From contig JBMOMC010000007.1 in assembly GCA_049325335.1 (NCBI GenBank), positions 323,044 to 387,043 on the forward strand: 64,000 bases of DNA, given 5' to 3'. The notes under the pieces are model-generated. The model had not been told where the DNA came from, did not search any database, and saw only the letters and a list, made by a program, of their open reading frames with translations. Every line of letters starts with the position of its first letter. Position 1 is the stretch's first letter. This document shows positions 21,071 through 32,031 of the stretch, in pieces. Position numbers and translations under genes: made by a program. Origin of the DNA: Nitrospirota bacterium. Lineage in GTDB: Bacteria > Nitrospirota > Nitrospiria > 2-01-FULL-66-17.

Positions 21071-22036
21071 GTGTTGCCTACCGGACTCGTCACCGACCCC
21101 GGATTTTTAGCCCACGACACCGGGCCTTCGCATCCAGAGTCGCCGCGGCGGTTGGAAGCCATCCTCCGGCGCCTGGAGTCTTCCGACGTGTCCAAGCGCC
21201 TGTTACGCCTGCCCGCGCCCTTGGTGGATCGCACGTGGTTGGAAACGGTGCACGCGCCACGGCACATTGACCGCATCGAATCCGCGGCGCCCGAACAAGG
21301 GCACGCGTATCTGGACGCGGACACGCCCCTGTCGCCGGGGTCGTACCGCGCGGCGCTGCAGGCCGTAGGCGGCACGCTCTCTGCGATCGACGCGGTGATG
21401 GACGGCCGCGTGGTCAACGCGTTTTGCGCGATCCGTCCGCCCGGTCACCACGCGGAGCCGACGCGCGCGATGGGCTTCTGCCTGTTCAACAACGTCGCGG
21501 TGGCGGCCCGATATATTCAACGCCGTCACGGCCTCGCGCGCGTGTTGATTCTGGATTGGGACGTGCACCATGGCAACGGCACGCAGGCCGCGTTTTACGG
21601 CGATCCGACCGTGCTCTACGTCAGCCTGCACCAGTACCCGTGGTATCCGGGCACCGGCGGAGCGGACGAACACGGAGACGGCCCCGGTGAGGGCTACACG
21701 CTCAACGTGCCGATGGCCGCGGGCCGCGGCGACGACGAGTACCTTGCCGCGTTCGACGCGCGGATCGCGCCTGTGGTGCGCGCGTTCGCCCCGGAGTTCG
21801 TGGTGATCTCGGCCGGTTTTGACGCGCATCGCGACGATCCCTTGGCCATGATGAACGTGACCGAAGCCGGCTACCGCGCCATGACCGACGCGGTGCTGAC
21901 CTGGGCCGCGGCAAGCGCACGCGGTCGCATCGTCTCCTGCCTGGAGGGCGGGTACAACCTCACCGCGCTCGCGGATTCGGTGGAGACGCACGTGCGCACG
22001 CTCGCGAAGTCCCCGACGACCTATCCACCACCATGA
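21071..22036 (+). CDS. Histone deacetylase family (acetylpolyamine/lysine deacetylase)
   Basis: HPESP, RPPGHH, DWDVHHGNGTQ, SAGFD, LEGGY. Confidence 0.95.
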   Translation: MLPTGLVTDPGFLAHDTGPSHPESPRRLEAILRRLESSDVSKRLLRLPAPLVDRTWLETVHAPRHIDRIESAAPEQGHAYLDADTPLSPGSYRAALQAVGGTLSAIDAVMDGRVVNAFCAIRPPGHHAEPTRAMGFCLFNNVAVAARYIQRRHGLARVLILDWDVHHGNGTQAAFYGDPTVLYVSLHQYPWYPGTGGADEHGDGPGEGYTLNVPMAAGRGDDEYLAAFDARIAPVVRAFAPEFVVISAGFDAHRDDPLAMMNVTEAGYRAMTDAVLTWAAASARGRIVSCLEGGYNLTALADSVETHVRTLAKSPTTYPPP

Positions 22037-22048
22037 AAGGACGGAACC

Positions 22049-22363
22049 ATGTCTGATTTGCAGGAAAAAGGCTACAACAAAGAAGAAGAATACTTCTACA
22101 AACAGAACAAAGAACTGCTGGAAAAACGCCGCAAAGAACTCGACGCCAAACGTAAACAGCAGGAAACGCAGCAGCGACACGCCCACTGGATGAAGTGCCC
22201 CAAGTGCGGCGCCGACATGCAGGAAGTCGAACGTCAGAGCATCAAGGTGGATCAATGCGGCGCGTGCGGCGGGATCTACTTTGACCGTGGGGAACTGGAA
22301 TTACTTCTTGAGGCTAAGGAGCAGAAGGGATTCCTGGGCGGATTGAAGTCTCTGTTCAAATGA
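22049..22363 (+). CDS. Small zinc-ribbon (zf-TFIIB-like) protein
   Basis: KEEEYF helical segment, MKCPKCG, CGACGGIYFDRGELE. Confidence 0.85.
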   Translation: MSDLQEKGYNKEEEYFYKQNKELLEKRRKELDAKRKQQETQQRHAHWMKCPKCGADMQEVERQSIKVDQCGACGGIYFDRGELELLLEAKEQKGFLGGLKSLFK

Positions 22364-22413
22364 CCGGTGCGCCGGAGGGGGCGGATCCGCCCCTCCGGCG
22401 CACGGACACCGCA

Positions 22414-23205
22414 CTACTTCAAGCGGTCCTTGTGGACCACGACTTTGGCGCGGCCCTTCAGTTCCTCGATGCGCTTGGCCAGGACGGATTGTTTGATCCC
22501 CATGAGAGCCTGCGGATCGAGACCGTCGAACGCAACCGCGTCTTTGGTCTCCATGACTTTGATGATGTGATATCCGAATTCGGTTTTGACCGGATCGCTG
22601 ATCTCGTCCGCCTTCAAGGCGAACGCCCGCTCGGCAAAGGGCTTGACCATCTGATCTTTCTGGAAGAACCCCAAGTCGCCCCCATTCTCCTTGGCGGAAG
22701 GGTCCGTGGACAATTCCTTGGCCACGGTCGCGAAATCCCCGCCTTCCGTGACTCGCTTCTTCGCGTCCTTGGCCTGCTCCTCGGTCTCCACCAGGATATG
22801 GCTCGCGCGGACCTGCCGGAATTCGTCCTTGTGCGCCTCATAATAGGCCTTGACCTTCTCGTCCGTGACGTCGGCATCCGCCACCTTCTTGAGCGTGGCT
22901 TGGACCAGAACCTGACGCCGCAAGTCCTCTAATTGACGCTTCACTTCGGGGTCCTTCTCCACCCCGGCCCGTTTGCTTTCCTGCAACAACACTTCGCGCA
23001 GGATGAGATCGTCCAGCAACGCTTCTCGGCCCTCAACCGTGGCCACGCGCTCCTGCATCTGCGGCGGCACACCCGCGATCGCTTCATCGAACGCCGCCCT
23101 GCTGATCGGCTGCCCATTCACCGTCGCCACCTCGTCCCCAGCCCACGCCGCTACCGCCCCCATCCCAAACACTGCCAGAATAGCCACCACACTCTTACCC
23201 CACAT
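22414..23205 (-). CDS. Exported parvulin-type peptidyl-prolyl isomerase (PpiC/PrsA-like)
   Basis: Signal peptide, RASHILV, GGDLGFF, TEFGYHII; GGAGG RBS before ATG 23205. Confidence 0.92.
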   Translation of the reverse strand: MWGKSVVAILAVFGMGAVAAWAGDEVATVNGQPISRAAFDEAIAGVPPQMQERVATVEGREALLDDLILREVLLQESKRAGVEKDPEVKRQLEDLRRQVLVQATLKKVADADVTDEKVKAYYEAHKDEFRQVRASHILVETEEQAKDAKKRVTEGGDFATVAKELSTDPSAKENGGDLGFFQKDQMVKPFAERAFALKADEISDPVKTEFGYHIIKVMETKDAVAFDGLDPQALMGIKQSVLAKRIEELKGRAKVVVHKDRLK

Positions 23206-23269
23206 TCCAATTCCTCCCAAATATGATGATTGCCGACTTGCTCTTGAGGTTTCCCGATTGGGAACCAAT

Positions 23270-23458
23270 TGGCGCCTCTTCAAGAATGCCCCGAGCGCCC
23301 GCACGTGTAGGGGCGTACGGCCGTACGCCCCTACGAAAACCGTGAGCACCGGAAAGCGCACGGCGCCATTTTCTGGCGTTGTCAAAGGCCCGTTCCTCTC
23401 GCTTGGCGAAGCAAGCGCAGCGGCAACGCCGCAGATGACCATTCATGGACAGGCGCTA
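23270..23458. mobile_element. MITE-like element copy 3 (GTAG palindrome plus extra insert)
   Basis: TIRs GCGCCTCTTCAAGAATG / CATTCATGGACAGGCGC; ~63-bp block nearly identical to copy 1. Confidence 0.7.
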
Positions 23459-24079
23459 CGCCGACTTCTTGACGACCGAGGACTGCATGAGGCCATCCGC
23501 CTGCTCCGGCACAAACCCCTCATACCCGTTGCGCTCGGCCAGTTCGAGCACGGTAAACGCATGGCCGTCGCGCACTTCCGCGGCCGTGAAAATTTGGCGC
23601 AACCGCGTGCCGCGAGGGCCCACGACCGATCCGGAAAACTGCACGCCGGCTCGTTCGAGTTCCGCCTTCGCGGCGTCGATGTCCGGCACGCGGATCGCGA
23701 TGTGGTGCAACACGCGGTCCCCGAATCGATCCACCCACGCGGACAACAGGCTTTTCTTGCCGCGCGCGTCGTCGTACGCCTGATCGACGAACAATGCCGG
23801 CATGCCGGTTTTGCGGTACACCTTGGCCCACCACCCTTGGTCGGAAAACTCGACTAACTCGTCGCGGTACTCGAACCCGAGGCGGCGGAACTCGTCAGCC
23901 CGTTCGTCAACGTGATGGGTGCGGATCGCGGCGTGATCGATCACGAACGGCCGGTCGGCGCGGTTCGCAAGATCCAGCGCCGTCCGCGCCGCTTCGTTGC
24001 CGCGAAGATACTCTTCGACCAATCGCGCCAGGGGCGCGTCGTACCCTCGGACCACATCAGCAACGGTTTTCGGCTTCAT
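23456..24079 (-). CDS. VOC/glyoxalase-fold protein
   Basis: IDHAAIR, LHHIAIRVPDI, ELAER metal-ligand pattern. Confidence 0.7.
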   Translation of the reverse strand: MKPKTVADVVRGYDAPLARLVEEYLRGNEAARTALDLANRADRPFVIDHAAIRTHHVDERADEFRRLGFEYRDELVEFSDQGWWAKVYRKTGMPALFVDQAYDDARGKKSLLSAWVDRFGDRVLHHIAIRVPDIDAAKAELERAGVQFSGSVVGPRGTRLRQIFTAAEVRDGHAFTVLELAERNGYEGFVPEQADGLMQSSVVKKSA

Positions 24080-24992
24080 GGGCGAACTCCCGCTCCTCAT
24101 ATCCCAAGAAGCATAACACGGCCGACAAATCCTTCACGCTCACGGTCACGGGCGCGGACTCGCGCACCGCGGGTTTGGCGCAAAAGGCCACGCCGAGCCC
24201 TGCCCGCCCCAACATCGGGAGATCGTTCGCCCCGTCGCCGATTGCGACCATGCGATCCAGCCCCACGCCGTACGCGCGCGCCAACTCGTCGAGCATCGCG
24301 GCCTTACGCGCGCCGTCCACGATGTCGCCGACCAGCCGTCCGGTCAACCGCCCGTCCTCGACCTCTAGACGATTGGCCACCGCGTGATCCAACCCCAACC
24401 GGGTCTTGAGCCGCTCCGTGAAATAATCGAACCCTCCGCTGACCACGGCCGAGACGCACCCGACCTTGCGTAACGTGTCCAAGAGAATCTCGGCGCCGGG
24501 CGTGGGGTGCGCACGCGCGTGCACCGCGGCGAGCGCCTCGGCCGACAAGCCCCGCAACAGGCCGACCCGCTCTCTCAGCGCACCGCGAAAGTCCAACTCC
24601 CCGTTCATGGCCCGACGCGTGATGGCGGCCACTTGTTCGCCCACCCCCGCTTCCTTGGCCAGTTCGTCGATGCCCTCGCTTTGCACCAACGTGGAATCCA
24701 TATCCATGACCAGCACTTTCGGCACGCGACGATTGGGATCCGCTGGGACCACGGCGAGGTCCACGCCCAGGCGGGCCTGCAACGGCCGCAGCGCGAGGGT
24801 CATGTCGTGCCACGTGGACGATCCCGACGCAGCAACGTCACACGTTACGGCATGGAATCGCCGGTTCGCGATGGACCGAGGCTCGCCGATACGCGCGCCG
24901 TCGGCCTTGAGCGCGGCGGCCGCGGCGTGGATCGCCGAGGACGGATCAGCCGCGGCCAGGCCGATCAGGACCAACTCGCGGGACCCGCTCAC
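24057..24992 (-). CDS. serB: Phosphoserine phosphatase
   Basis: MDMDSTL, EGIDELA, VSGGF, GDGANDL. Confidence 0.95.
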   Translation of the reverse strand: MSGSRELVLIGLAAADPSSAIHAAAAALKADGARIGEPRSIANRRFHAVTCDVAASGSSTWHDMTLALRPLQARLGVDLAVVPADPNRRVPKVLVMDMDSTLVQSEGIDELAKEAGVGEQVAAITRRAMNGELDFRGALRERVGLLRGLSAEALAAVHARAHPTPGAEILLDTLRKVGCVSAVVSGGFDYFTERLKTRLGLDHAVANRLEVEDGRLTGRLVGDIVDGARKAAMLDELARAYGVGLDRMVAIGDGANDLPMLGRAGLGVAFCAKPAVRESAPVTVSVKDLSAVLCFLGYEEREFAHEAENRC

Positions 24993-25780
24993 GTCGACGG
25001 GGTCAGGGTCCCCATACCCATGACGTGGTAGCCGCCGTCCACGTAAAGCACTTCACCCGTGACGCCGGCCGCGAATTCGCTGCACAAAAACAGGGCGGCC
25101 CCGCCCACGTCGTCCAACGCGATGTTACGGCGCAACGGCGCGACGGTCTCATTGTAGTGGAGCATTTCGCGGAACCCCGCGATGCCGGCGGCCGCCAGGG
25201 TCTTGATCGGCCCCGCAGAAATCGCGTTCACCCGAATCCCCTCCGGCCCCAAGTCCGCGGCCAGATAGCGTACGCTCGCTTCCAACGCGGCCTTGGCCAC
25301 ACCCATAACGTTGTAATTGGGCATCACCTTCTCGGCCCCGTAGTACGAGAGCGTGACGATGCTGCCCCGGCGACCCGACATCAACGGCCGCGCGGCGCGC
25401 GCCGTGGCGACCAGGGAATACGCGCTCACGTCGAGCGCCACGCGAAACCCCTCCCGTGAGGTGTCCACGAACCGCTGCTTGAGATCCTCCCGGTTCGCGA
25501 ACGCAATGGAATGTATTAGGACATCGATCCCCCCGAACGCGGACCCGATGGTCTCGAACGCCCGAGTGATGTCATCATCCTTGGTCACGTCGCAGGGCAC
25601 CACCACCTTCTGCCCCAGCGACTCGGCCAACGGGCGCACCCGGCGTTCCATGGCCTCCCCCGCGTAGGTGAACGCCAAGCCCGCGCCCTCCTTGTGCAGC
25701 GCCTGGGCGATACCCCACGCGATGCTGCGTTCGCTGGCCACGCCCATAATGACGCACTGTTTGCCGTCCAACAACCCCAT
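24989..25780 (-). CDS. fabI: Enoyl-ACP reductase
   Basis: [34 protein letters not shown]. Confidence 0.97.
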   Translation of the reverse strand: MGLLDGKQCVIMGVASERSIAWGIAQALHKEGAGLAFTYAGEAMERRVRPLAESLGQKVVVPCDVTKDDDITRAFETIGSAFGGIDVLIHSIAFANREDLKQRFVDTSREGFRVALDVSAYSLVATARAARPLMSGRRGSIVTLSYYGAEKVMPNYNVMGVAKAALEASVRYLAADLGPEGIRVNAISAGPIKTLAAAGIAGFREMLHYNETVAPLRRNIALDDVGGAALFLCSEFAAGVTGEVLYVDGGYHVMGMGTLTPST

Positions 25781-25911
25781 GCATACCCTCCGAAACGCGG
25801 CGATCATACCGGAAGCCGCCCGGCTTTTCAAACCCGGGTGGGCCGGTGGCATAGGCCGGACATCTGTGGTATGATGCCCGCTAATTATCGCAGGGACGTA
25901 CGGAGACGATC

Positions 25912-26241
25912 GTGACCACGACACAACAACCGGCAAAAATTATCGACGCAGTGGTCGGTGAATCGTTCGATGTCACGGTGTGGGAGGATCGGACCGCGGG
26001 CTACAGTTGGACCCCGCAGTACGACTCGAATGCCCTGGACTTGGTCGACGACGACTATCAACGCACGGTCAATGTGGATACCGCGGACTTCGGACGCCGC
26101 ACCTTCACGTTTGCAGCCAAAATCCCGGGTGACTATTCGCTCGTGCTGGAATACCGCGTCGGCTGGAAGTTCTCGGCGACCAACCGACGACAGTACCTCG
26201 TCACCGTCCATCCCTCCACCACGGCGTCATCATCGCATTGA
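25912..26241 (+). CDS. Chagasin-like (I42) protease inhibitor family protein
   Basis: [24 protein letters not shown] beta-sandwich pattern. Confidence 0.7.
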   Translation: MTTTQQPAKIIDAVVGESFDVTVWEDRTAGYSWTPQYDSNALDLVDDDYQRTVNVDTADFGRRTFTFAAKIPGDYSLVLEYRVGWKFSATNRRQYLVTVHPSTTASSSH

Positions 26242-26374
26242 CGCCGCGGCCCGTTGCTGAAATACTTGGGGCCGTTCAAGGCGGCGAACAAACCCCATTC
26301 GGACCACGTCACGGTACCGGCGGCCGAACGGTCATGAAACAACGCAGAGGATTATCTTTCGTTAGGAGCACGCT

Positions 26375-27529
26375 ATGAACGCGACGGAAACAGGCGGGAC
26401 AACCGGGGTCATTCGAACAGGCCGCGACGCCGTTGATTGGGTCAATACGCTCTTTTTGGTCGGCACATTTTTCGTCGCCGTGATCGGCCTGCCGATTCAC
26501 CTCGCGACCGCGGGGTTCTCGTGGCCGATCGTGGCCCTGTTTGGATTTTATATGGCGGCCACCGGCCTCTCGATCACCGCCGGGTACCATCGCCTGTTTT
26601 CCCACCAGGCGTATCAGACCATTGCCCCGGTCCGCGCGTTCTTTTTGATCTTCGGCGCCGCGGCCTGCCAGAACTCGGCGCTCAAATGGTCCTCGGACCA
26701 CCGCTATCACCATCTGTACGTGGATCAATCGCAGGATCCGTACAACATCAACCGCGGATTTTTCTGGGCGCATATCGGATGGATCTTCTTCAAAAAATCG
26801 TCGTATGACTTCAGCAACGTCCTGGATCTCAAGAAGGACCCATTGGTGCTGTGGCAAAATCGGTACTACCTGCCGCTCGCCATCGGCGTCGGCGGCGTCC
26901 TGCCGCTAGTATTCGGATGGGCGGTCGGAGATTGGTGGGGCGGGTTCCTGCTCGTCGGCGTGGTACGAACCGTGTTGGTGCACCACTCGACCTTTTTGAT
27001 CAACTCCCTCTGTCACTATCTGGGGACCAGGCCGTATTCCTTGGGCGACTCCTCACGCGACAGCGGACTGGTCGCGCTGCTGACGTACGGCGAGGGCTAC
27101 CACAATTTTCACCACCAATTCCAGTACGACTACCGGAACGGAATCAAGTGGTACCACTGGGATCCGAGCAAGTGGCTGATTAAGGCCTTCGAAACGTGTG
27201 GATGGGCGACCCGGCTCCGCACCGCGAAAGACGCACATATTTTTCAAGCCCGACTCAACGTGCAACGGCAAACGGCGCAGCAAAAACTCGCGTCCCGTTC
27301 GCAAGAGTTCAGAAACGCCATGGAGAACAAACTACACGCGGCGCACGAAGCGCTCGTGGCGGCTCGCGCCAAGTGGGAACTCCTCCGAACCGAGTACGCG
27401 GCGGCGAAACAATCCATGGATGAGAAGCGTCGCCACCTGGCGGACGCGCTCAAGGATGATCTGACCGCGGCCCGCCGCCACTTCCGCAACGCCCACGCGT
27501 CGTGGCACCTCCTGCTGGAGGCCGCCTAG
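26375..27529 (+). CDS. Delta-9-type fatty acid desaturase with C-terminal helical extension
   Basis: His boxes HRLFSH, HRYHH, HNFHH; WDPSKW. Confidence 0.93.
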   Translation: MNATETGGTTGVIRTGRDAVDWVNTLFLVGTFFVAVIGLPIHLATAGFSWPIVALFGFYMAATGLSITAGYHRLFSHQAYQTIAPVRAFFLIFGAAACQNSALKWSSDHRYHHLYVDQSQDPYNINRGFFWAHIGWIFFKKSSYDFSNVLDLKKDPLVLWQNRYYLPLAIGVGGVLPLVFGWAVGDWWGGFLLVGVVRTVLVHHSTFLINSLCHYLGTRPYSLGDSSRDSGLVALLTYGEGYHNFHHQFQYDYRNGIKWYHWDPSKWLIKAFETCGWATRLRTAKDAHIFQARLNVQRQTAQQKLASRSQEFRNAMENKLHAAHEALVAARAKWELLRTEYAAAKQSMDEKRRHLADALKDDLTAARRHFRNAHASWHLLLEAA

Positions 27530-27541
27530 GTCGCACGTCCG

Positions 27542-28285
27542 CTACGACACCGGCTCACGATCCACGGACACCACGGCGCCGGTCGGCAAGCGCGCGTTGA
27601 TGAACTCAAACGCCGTGTTCAGCCCCGAGGCGTCTTTTGACTCCAAGGTAATCCGAACGCGATAGTCCGAGCGGCTGACGACCGGGTACGACCCGATCGC
27701 CACGTTCGGGAATTTCGCGGTCGTTTCGTACAGCAACCCGGCGATACATTCTTCGCCGAGTCCCAGATACAACGTCCGCAAGTGAAACGGCGCGGATTGA
27801 AACCTCGCCTTAATCGCGTGGAACTTGCGCCGGAAGATCTCGGGCACACCGGGAAACACGTAGAGCTTGTCCACCGCCAGCACGGGCACGCGCAGCCCCT
27901 CGGCCGCGATCAGCGTCGCCCCGCGCGGTACGTCCGCCAACCGATTCACGTACGGGTCATCCGACGCCCCGTACACGGTTTGCACCAGTCGGGCCAGTTC
28001 GGGGTGACGAACCAACGGCCGCCCCAACCCTTTGGCCACGCCCTGGATCGTCACGTCATCGTGCGTGGGGCCGATCCCGCCGGTGGTAATGATCACCTCC
28101 GCGCGATCCCACGCCGCGCGAACCGCCTCGGCGATCGTGTCGATTTCGTCGGGCAACACCACGATTCGTCGAACATCCACGCCCAGGCCGCGAAGCTCCC
28201 GACACAGAAACGCGGCATGTTCATCCGCGACCTTGCCGGAAAGAATTTCATTGCCGATCACGAGAATTTCAGCGCGCGTGGTCAT
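27542..28285 (-). CDS. CinA N-terminal / molybdopterin-binding family protein
   Basis: IGNEILSG, TGGIGPTHDDVT, FPGVP. Confidence 0.9.
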   Translation of the reverse strand: MTTRAEILVIGNEILSGKVADEHAAFLCRELRGLGVDVRRIVVLPDEIDTIAEAVRAAWDRAEVIITTGGIGPTHDDVTIQGVAKGLGRPLVRHPELARLVQTVYGASDDPYVNRLADVPRGATLIAAEGLRVPVLAVDKLYVFPGVPEIFRRKFHAIKARFQSAPFHLRTLYLGLGEECIAGLLYETTAKFPNVAIGSYPVVSRSDYRVRITLESKDASGLNTAFEFINARLPTGAVVSVDREPVS

Positions 28286-28486
28286 GAGTCAGCGATCCGC
28301 TCACCGTCGCCATGAACCGCGCACTTGATTCAAGGATCGACCGGTCCTCGCGCGGCGTGTGGCGGGCATCGTTGGACCGGAGGAGTCTACCATTCGACCC
28401 GTGGGCCGAACAAGGCGGCTCGGGCCGCGTGACGGCCTCTGCTATACTGTGGCCCAATGCGCCCACGCCTGGAGGCTGACCGACCG

Positions 28487-29761
28487 ATGGAACCCGACGC
28501 CGCACATCGCCCTGAATACGCCACGCCCATTTATCAAATGGCGGTGGCGCAGTTCGAACAGGCCGCGGAAGCGATCGACCTTGATCCGAACGTGTGGCAA
28601 CGCTTTGTCGCGCCCAAACGCGCGTTAATGGTCAGCGTGCCCATCCGCATGGAAGACGGCTCCGTGAAGGTGTTTGCCGGATACCGCGTGCACCACGACA
28701 ACACCCTCGGCCCATCCAAGGGCGGGGTGCGTTTCCACCCCGACGTGACATTGGGCGAAGTGTGCGCGCTGGCGATGTGGATGACATGGAAGTGCGCGCT
28801 GGTGGGCCTCCCGTTCGGCGGGGCCAAGGGCGGCGTGCGCTGCGATCCGCACGCGCTCACCCGCATCGAACTGCAGCGACTCACCCGCCGGTACACCGCG
28901 GAGATTCTCCCCTTGCTCGGCCCCGAGATCGACGTGCCCGCGCCCGACATGGGCACCAACGAACAGACCATGGCGTGGATGATGGACACCTACAGCCAGT
29001 TCAAGGGTTACGCGGTCCCCGGCGTGGTCACGGGCAAACCCATTGCGATCGGGGGATCGCTAGGCCGGAACGAGGCCACGGGACGCGGCGTGGTGTACAC
29101 GGTATTGGAAGCCATGCGGCACTTGAACATCCGACCCGAGGGCCAGCGCGCCGTGATCCAAGGTTTTGGAAACGTGGGCTCCGGCACCGCGAAAGCGTTG
29201 GGGGAGTCCGGGTGCCGTGTGATCGCGGTGAGCGACGCACACGGTGGGGTCGTCAACGAACGCGGGTTGGACATTCCGGCCGCGCTGGCTTACACCACAA
29301 AACACGGCGCGCTGAAGGGATTTCCCGGCGGCGACCCCGTGAACAACGCCGAGCTTCTCCTCCTCTCGTGCGACGTGTTGGTGCCGGCCGCGCTCTCGGA
29401 GCAGATCACCAAACACAACGCGGAGCGCGTGCGCTGCAGAATTCTGGCCGAAGGCGCCAACGGCCCGACCACACCGGACGCCGACCGGATTCTTCGCGAT
29501 CGCGGGATCTTCGTCATCCCGGACATTCTCGCGAACGCCGGCGGCGTGACCGTGTCGTATTTTGAATGGGTTCAGGGTCTCCAGCACCTCTTCTGGAAGG
29601 AACGCGAAGTCTACGAACGCCTGCGAGAGGTCATGACCACCGCGTTCGCGCAGGTGTTGGCGGTGTCCCTGGAGCGCACGTGCGACATGCGCACCGCCGC
29701 GCTGATCCTCGGGATCGAAAAAATTGCCAAGGCCAAGTTGGCGCGCGGCGTGTTCCCGTAA
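28487..29761 (+). CDS. gdhA: Glu/Leu/Phe/Val dehydrogenase (glutamate dehydrogenase)
   Basis: [46 protein letters not shown]. Confidence 0.92.
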   Translation: MEPDAAHRPEYATPIYQMAVAQFEQAAEAIDLDPNVWQRFVAPKRALMVSVPIRMEDGSVKVFAGYRVHHDNTLGPSKGGVRFHPDVTLGEVCALAMWMTWKCALVGLPFGGAKGGVRCDPHALTRIELQRLTRRYTAEILPLLGPEIDVPAPDMGTNEQTMAWMMDTYSQFKGYAVPGVVTGKPIAIGGSLGRNEATGRGVVYTVLEAMRHLNIRPEGQRAVIQGFGNVGSGTAKALGESGCRVIAVSDAHGGVVNERGLDIPAALAYTTKHGALKGFPGGDPVNNAELLLLSCDVLVPAALSEQITKHNAERVRCRILAEGANGPTTPDADRILRDRGIFVIPDILANAGGVTVSYFEWVQGLQHLFWKEREVYERLREVMTTAFAQVLAVSLERTCDMRTAALILGIEKIAKAKLARGVFP

Positions 29762-29777
29762 CCCATCCGAGCGCGGC

Positions 29778-30527
29778 TTACGGAGGTTGATCGCGCTCCC
29801 AGAGGGACAGGAAGGCATCCAACACGTCGTCGGTGAACGGCGTGTACTCGCACGGCCATACCGACACCCGCGTGACGCCGAGAGCGCCGTCACGGTCGCG
29901 ACGGACCAGCAGCGTGGTCGGACCCGGAAGATCCAACGCGTGGACCGCTCGCGCCGCGAGTTCTTCGACATCCGTCTCGCCTTTACGACGCTCAACGGTC
30001 ACTGATGCGTCGCCCTCGTCCGCCCACAACTCGTGGACGGCGCAGACCACGGACGACGCCGGCAGTCGCGCATCCCGACACGCGGACACCTCAAACCATT
30101 GCGCGCCGGGCGCCTTCGACGCCGGGAACCCGAACGGATCGTGCGGGGCGATTCCCAACCGCCGTAGCGTCGCCGTCGAACCGTGCGGGGTGGTCAGGGC
30201 CTCCACCGTACCGGAGTCCGGGAGATATACGCCCGCGCCGAGTCGACGGAACTCCGACACTCTCCCCGCGACGGCCAAGGCATCCACGTCGCGCGTGGGG
30301 ACGATCAACGTCGTGCGTTCTCGCCGGACCAGCATCAGCAGCTCGTCGGCAAATCCCAGCTGATCACCCCGCGACACCAAATAGAACTGATTCACCTGGC
30401 GTGGATGGAACGCGGCGTCCACGCCGACCACCAGCCAGCCGCGTCGTTTAAACGCCGCCACCACGGCTGGGGCCGGAGGGGTCCCGACACCGGTCACGAC
30501 CACTCTCTTGATCAAGCGCCTAATCAC
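29778..30527 (-). CDS. Degenerate ATP-grasp-like protein
   Basis: N-terminal VVVTGVG..VVGVD and LIVPT resemble ATP-grasp proteins; central and catalytic motifs not recognisable. Confidence 0.5.
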   Translation of the reverse strand: MIRRLIKRVVVTGVGTPPAPAVVAAFKRRGWLVVGVDAAFHPRQVNQFYLVSRGDQLGFADELLMLVRRERTTLIVPTRDVDALAVAGRVSEFRRLGAGVYLPDSGTVEALTTPHGSTATLRRLGIAPHDPFGFPASKAPGAQWFEVSACRDARLPASSVVCAVHELWADEGDASVTVERRKGETDVEELAARAVHALDLPGPTTLLVRRDRDGALGVTRVSVWPCEYTPFTDDVLDAFLSLWERDQPP

Positions 30528-30715
30528 ACATTTAACATGAGACAGGGTGAACTACCTCGGGTTATAGAATTCAACATTCATGCCAGACCCGCTAGGGTAT
30601 ATCCACCCTTCGGCTATAAGTTGCTGGATTTTCGGCCTTCCCACGCATGTCGGAGCCAGAATTTCGTCAGCCTTGCATCTCAACCCCATTGTCCCGTAGA
30701 ATTAGCGCATCAAAC

Positions 30716-31000
30716 ATGGACCCGATTGAACTGAACGACCCCGAAGCCATCGAGGAATTGCTCGGGAAAATCTCGCTGCATGGACGAGGATTTCGAACCG
30801 ACTGCTTGCTCGCCGACGTGTACGACGCGGGGCTCACCTACCCGGACTTTCTCAAAGCCCACGGGAGCGATCCCGACGCAAAATACGGCGACAAGAGCCC
30901 GGCCTGGGCCACCTACCACGTACGCCAAGGCAAGAAGGTCTTTATGGTTTACGGCGAAGCGGGTCGCGATCGGCGCACCCATACCACTGATACGCCCTAA
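30716..31000 (+). CDS. Hypothetical protein
   Basis: Protein-like composition; TAGAAT -10 upstream; probably co-transcribed with the next gene. Confidence 0.7.
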   Translation: MDPIELNDPEAIEELLGKISLHGRGFRTDCLLADVYDAGLTYPDFLKAHGSDPDAKYGDKSPAWATYHVRQGKKVFMVYGEAGRDRRTHTTDTP

Positions 31001-31018
31001 GGATCGCCGGGGGACACC

Positions 31019-31441
31019 ATGCTGTTTGATCGAGATAACCAATGGCGATATACCGGCATTGCCGAGAAACGACGGCAGAACACGCCCCTGGATGGTGAAG
31101 ACGAACTGATCGCCCAGGCCATGGACCTCCACCCGGAACTCGATCCGTTGTGGGAACTGGGCGAACTCTCCGCCACCCCGCAGGAAGTCAACGGCACGGT
31201 GGTCAACCCCTTTATTCATACCGCGCTGCACGTGCTCGTGGAAAAACAGCTCCAAACCAAATCGCCTCCGGAGATCGTGGACGCCTTGAACGTTCTGCTT
31301 CGCCGTGGCGTGGATCGCCACGAGGCGGTCCACGCCATCGCCTCGGTCTACGCGGACCTGTATTTCACCACGTTTCGACGCGGACAGCAGTTTGAAGAAC
31401 TCACCTACGTGGAATTGCTCAAACAGCTCGTCGCCGAGTAA
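31019..31441 (+). CDS. DUF1841-like protein
   Basis: LHPE, NPFIHTALH, RHEAVH. Confidence 0.75.
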   Translation: MLFDRDNQWRYTGIAEKRRQNTPLDGEDELIAQAMDLHPELDPLWELGELSATPQEVNGTVVNPFIHTALHVLVEKQLQTKSPPEIVDALNVLLRRGVDRHEAVHAIASVYADLYFTTFRRGQQFEELTYVELLKQLVAE

Positions 31442-31453
31442 CTCGCCCTGTCC

Positions 31454-31654
31454 TTATTCCGCTTGTCCCGGCTTGAGCGGTTCGTGACAACGCTCGCAGT
31501 GGTCGTTCCGGTGGGGATTTTCGTAGCGACACTCGGGACAGATCAGCGTCCGCGCGTCCCAGGTGGACGACGGGAACTCGTGTAAACACCCCTCGCAAAA
31601 ACTACTGCGCGTGTCATTCACTCGTCCGCAACGCGGACAGACGACGGGCGACAT
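31454..31654 (-). CDS. Double zinc-ribbon small protein
   Basis: CPRC, CEGC, CPEC, CERC in 66 aa. Confidence 0.7.
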   Translation of the reverse strand: MSPVVCPRCGRVNDTRSSFCEGCLHEFPSSTWDARTLICPECRYENPHRNDHCERCHEPLKPGQAE

Positions 31655-31737
31655 CTTCGACATCCTTCCGACGGGGTGAAATAAATCGGCCGGGTCCCTG
31701 GAGGGGAGCCCGGCCGGAGCAACCGCCGCGCGCGTTC

Positions 31738-32001
31738 TTAAAACTTGTGGAAGCCGAGCTTGGACAGCTCGTATCCGCCGACCACGTCGGTAATCGGGAC
31801 CATCTTGATCGCGTGGTGTTTGGCCAAGTTGTCGCAGACCCCCACGCAGATCTCGCACCCTTTGCACCGATCCACCGCCACGTAGGCGGTGTTGCGCTTG
31901 ATGTCGTAATTGATGGTATTGGACTCCGGGCAGAATTGCGTGCAAAGCCGGCAGCTCGTCTTTGAGCAAATATCAACGTCGATTTGCGCCACTGCGTACA
32001 T
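31738..32001 (-). CDS. forE: 2-oxoacid:ferredoxin oxidoreductase, ferredoxin-like (epsilon) subunit
   Basis: CSKTSCRLCTQFCP and CKGCEICVGVC Fe-S motifs; last gene of the cluster. Confidence 0.7.
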   Translation of the reverse strand: MYAVAQIDVDICSKTSCRLCTQFCPESNTINYDIKRNTAYVAVDRCKGCEICVGVCDNLAKHHAIKMVPITDVVGGYELSKLGFHKF

Positions 32002-32031
32002 GGATCACCCCTGTGTCAACGTGATGGCGGA

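Noticed and set aside
23206..23442. Long N-terminal extension of the PPIase ORF
   Set aside because: Read-through across MITE copy 3; the RBS and signal peptide support ATG 23205.
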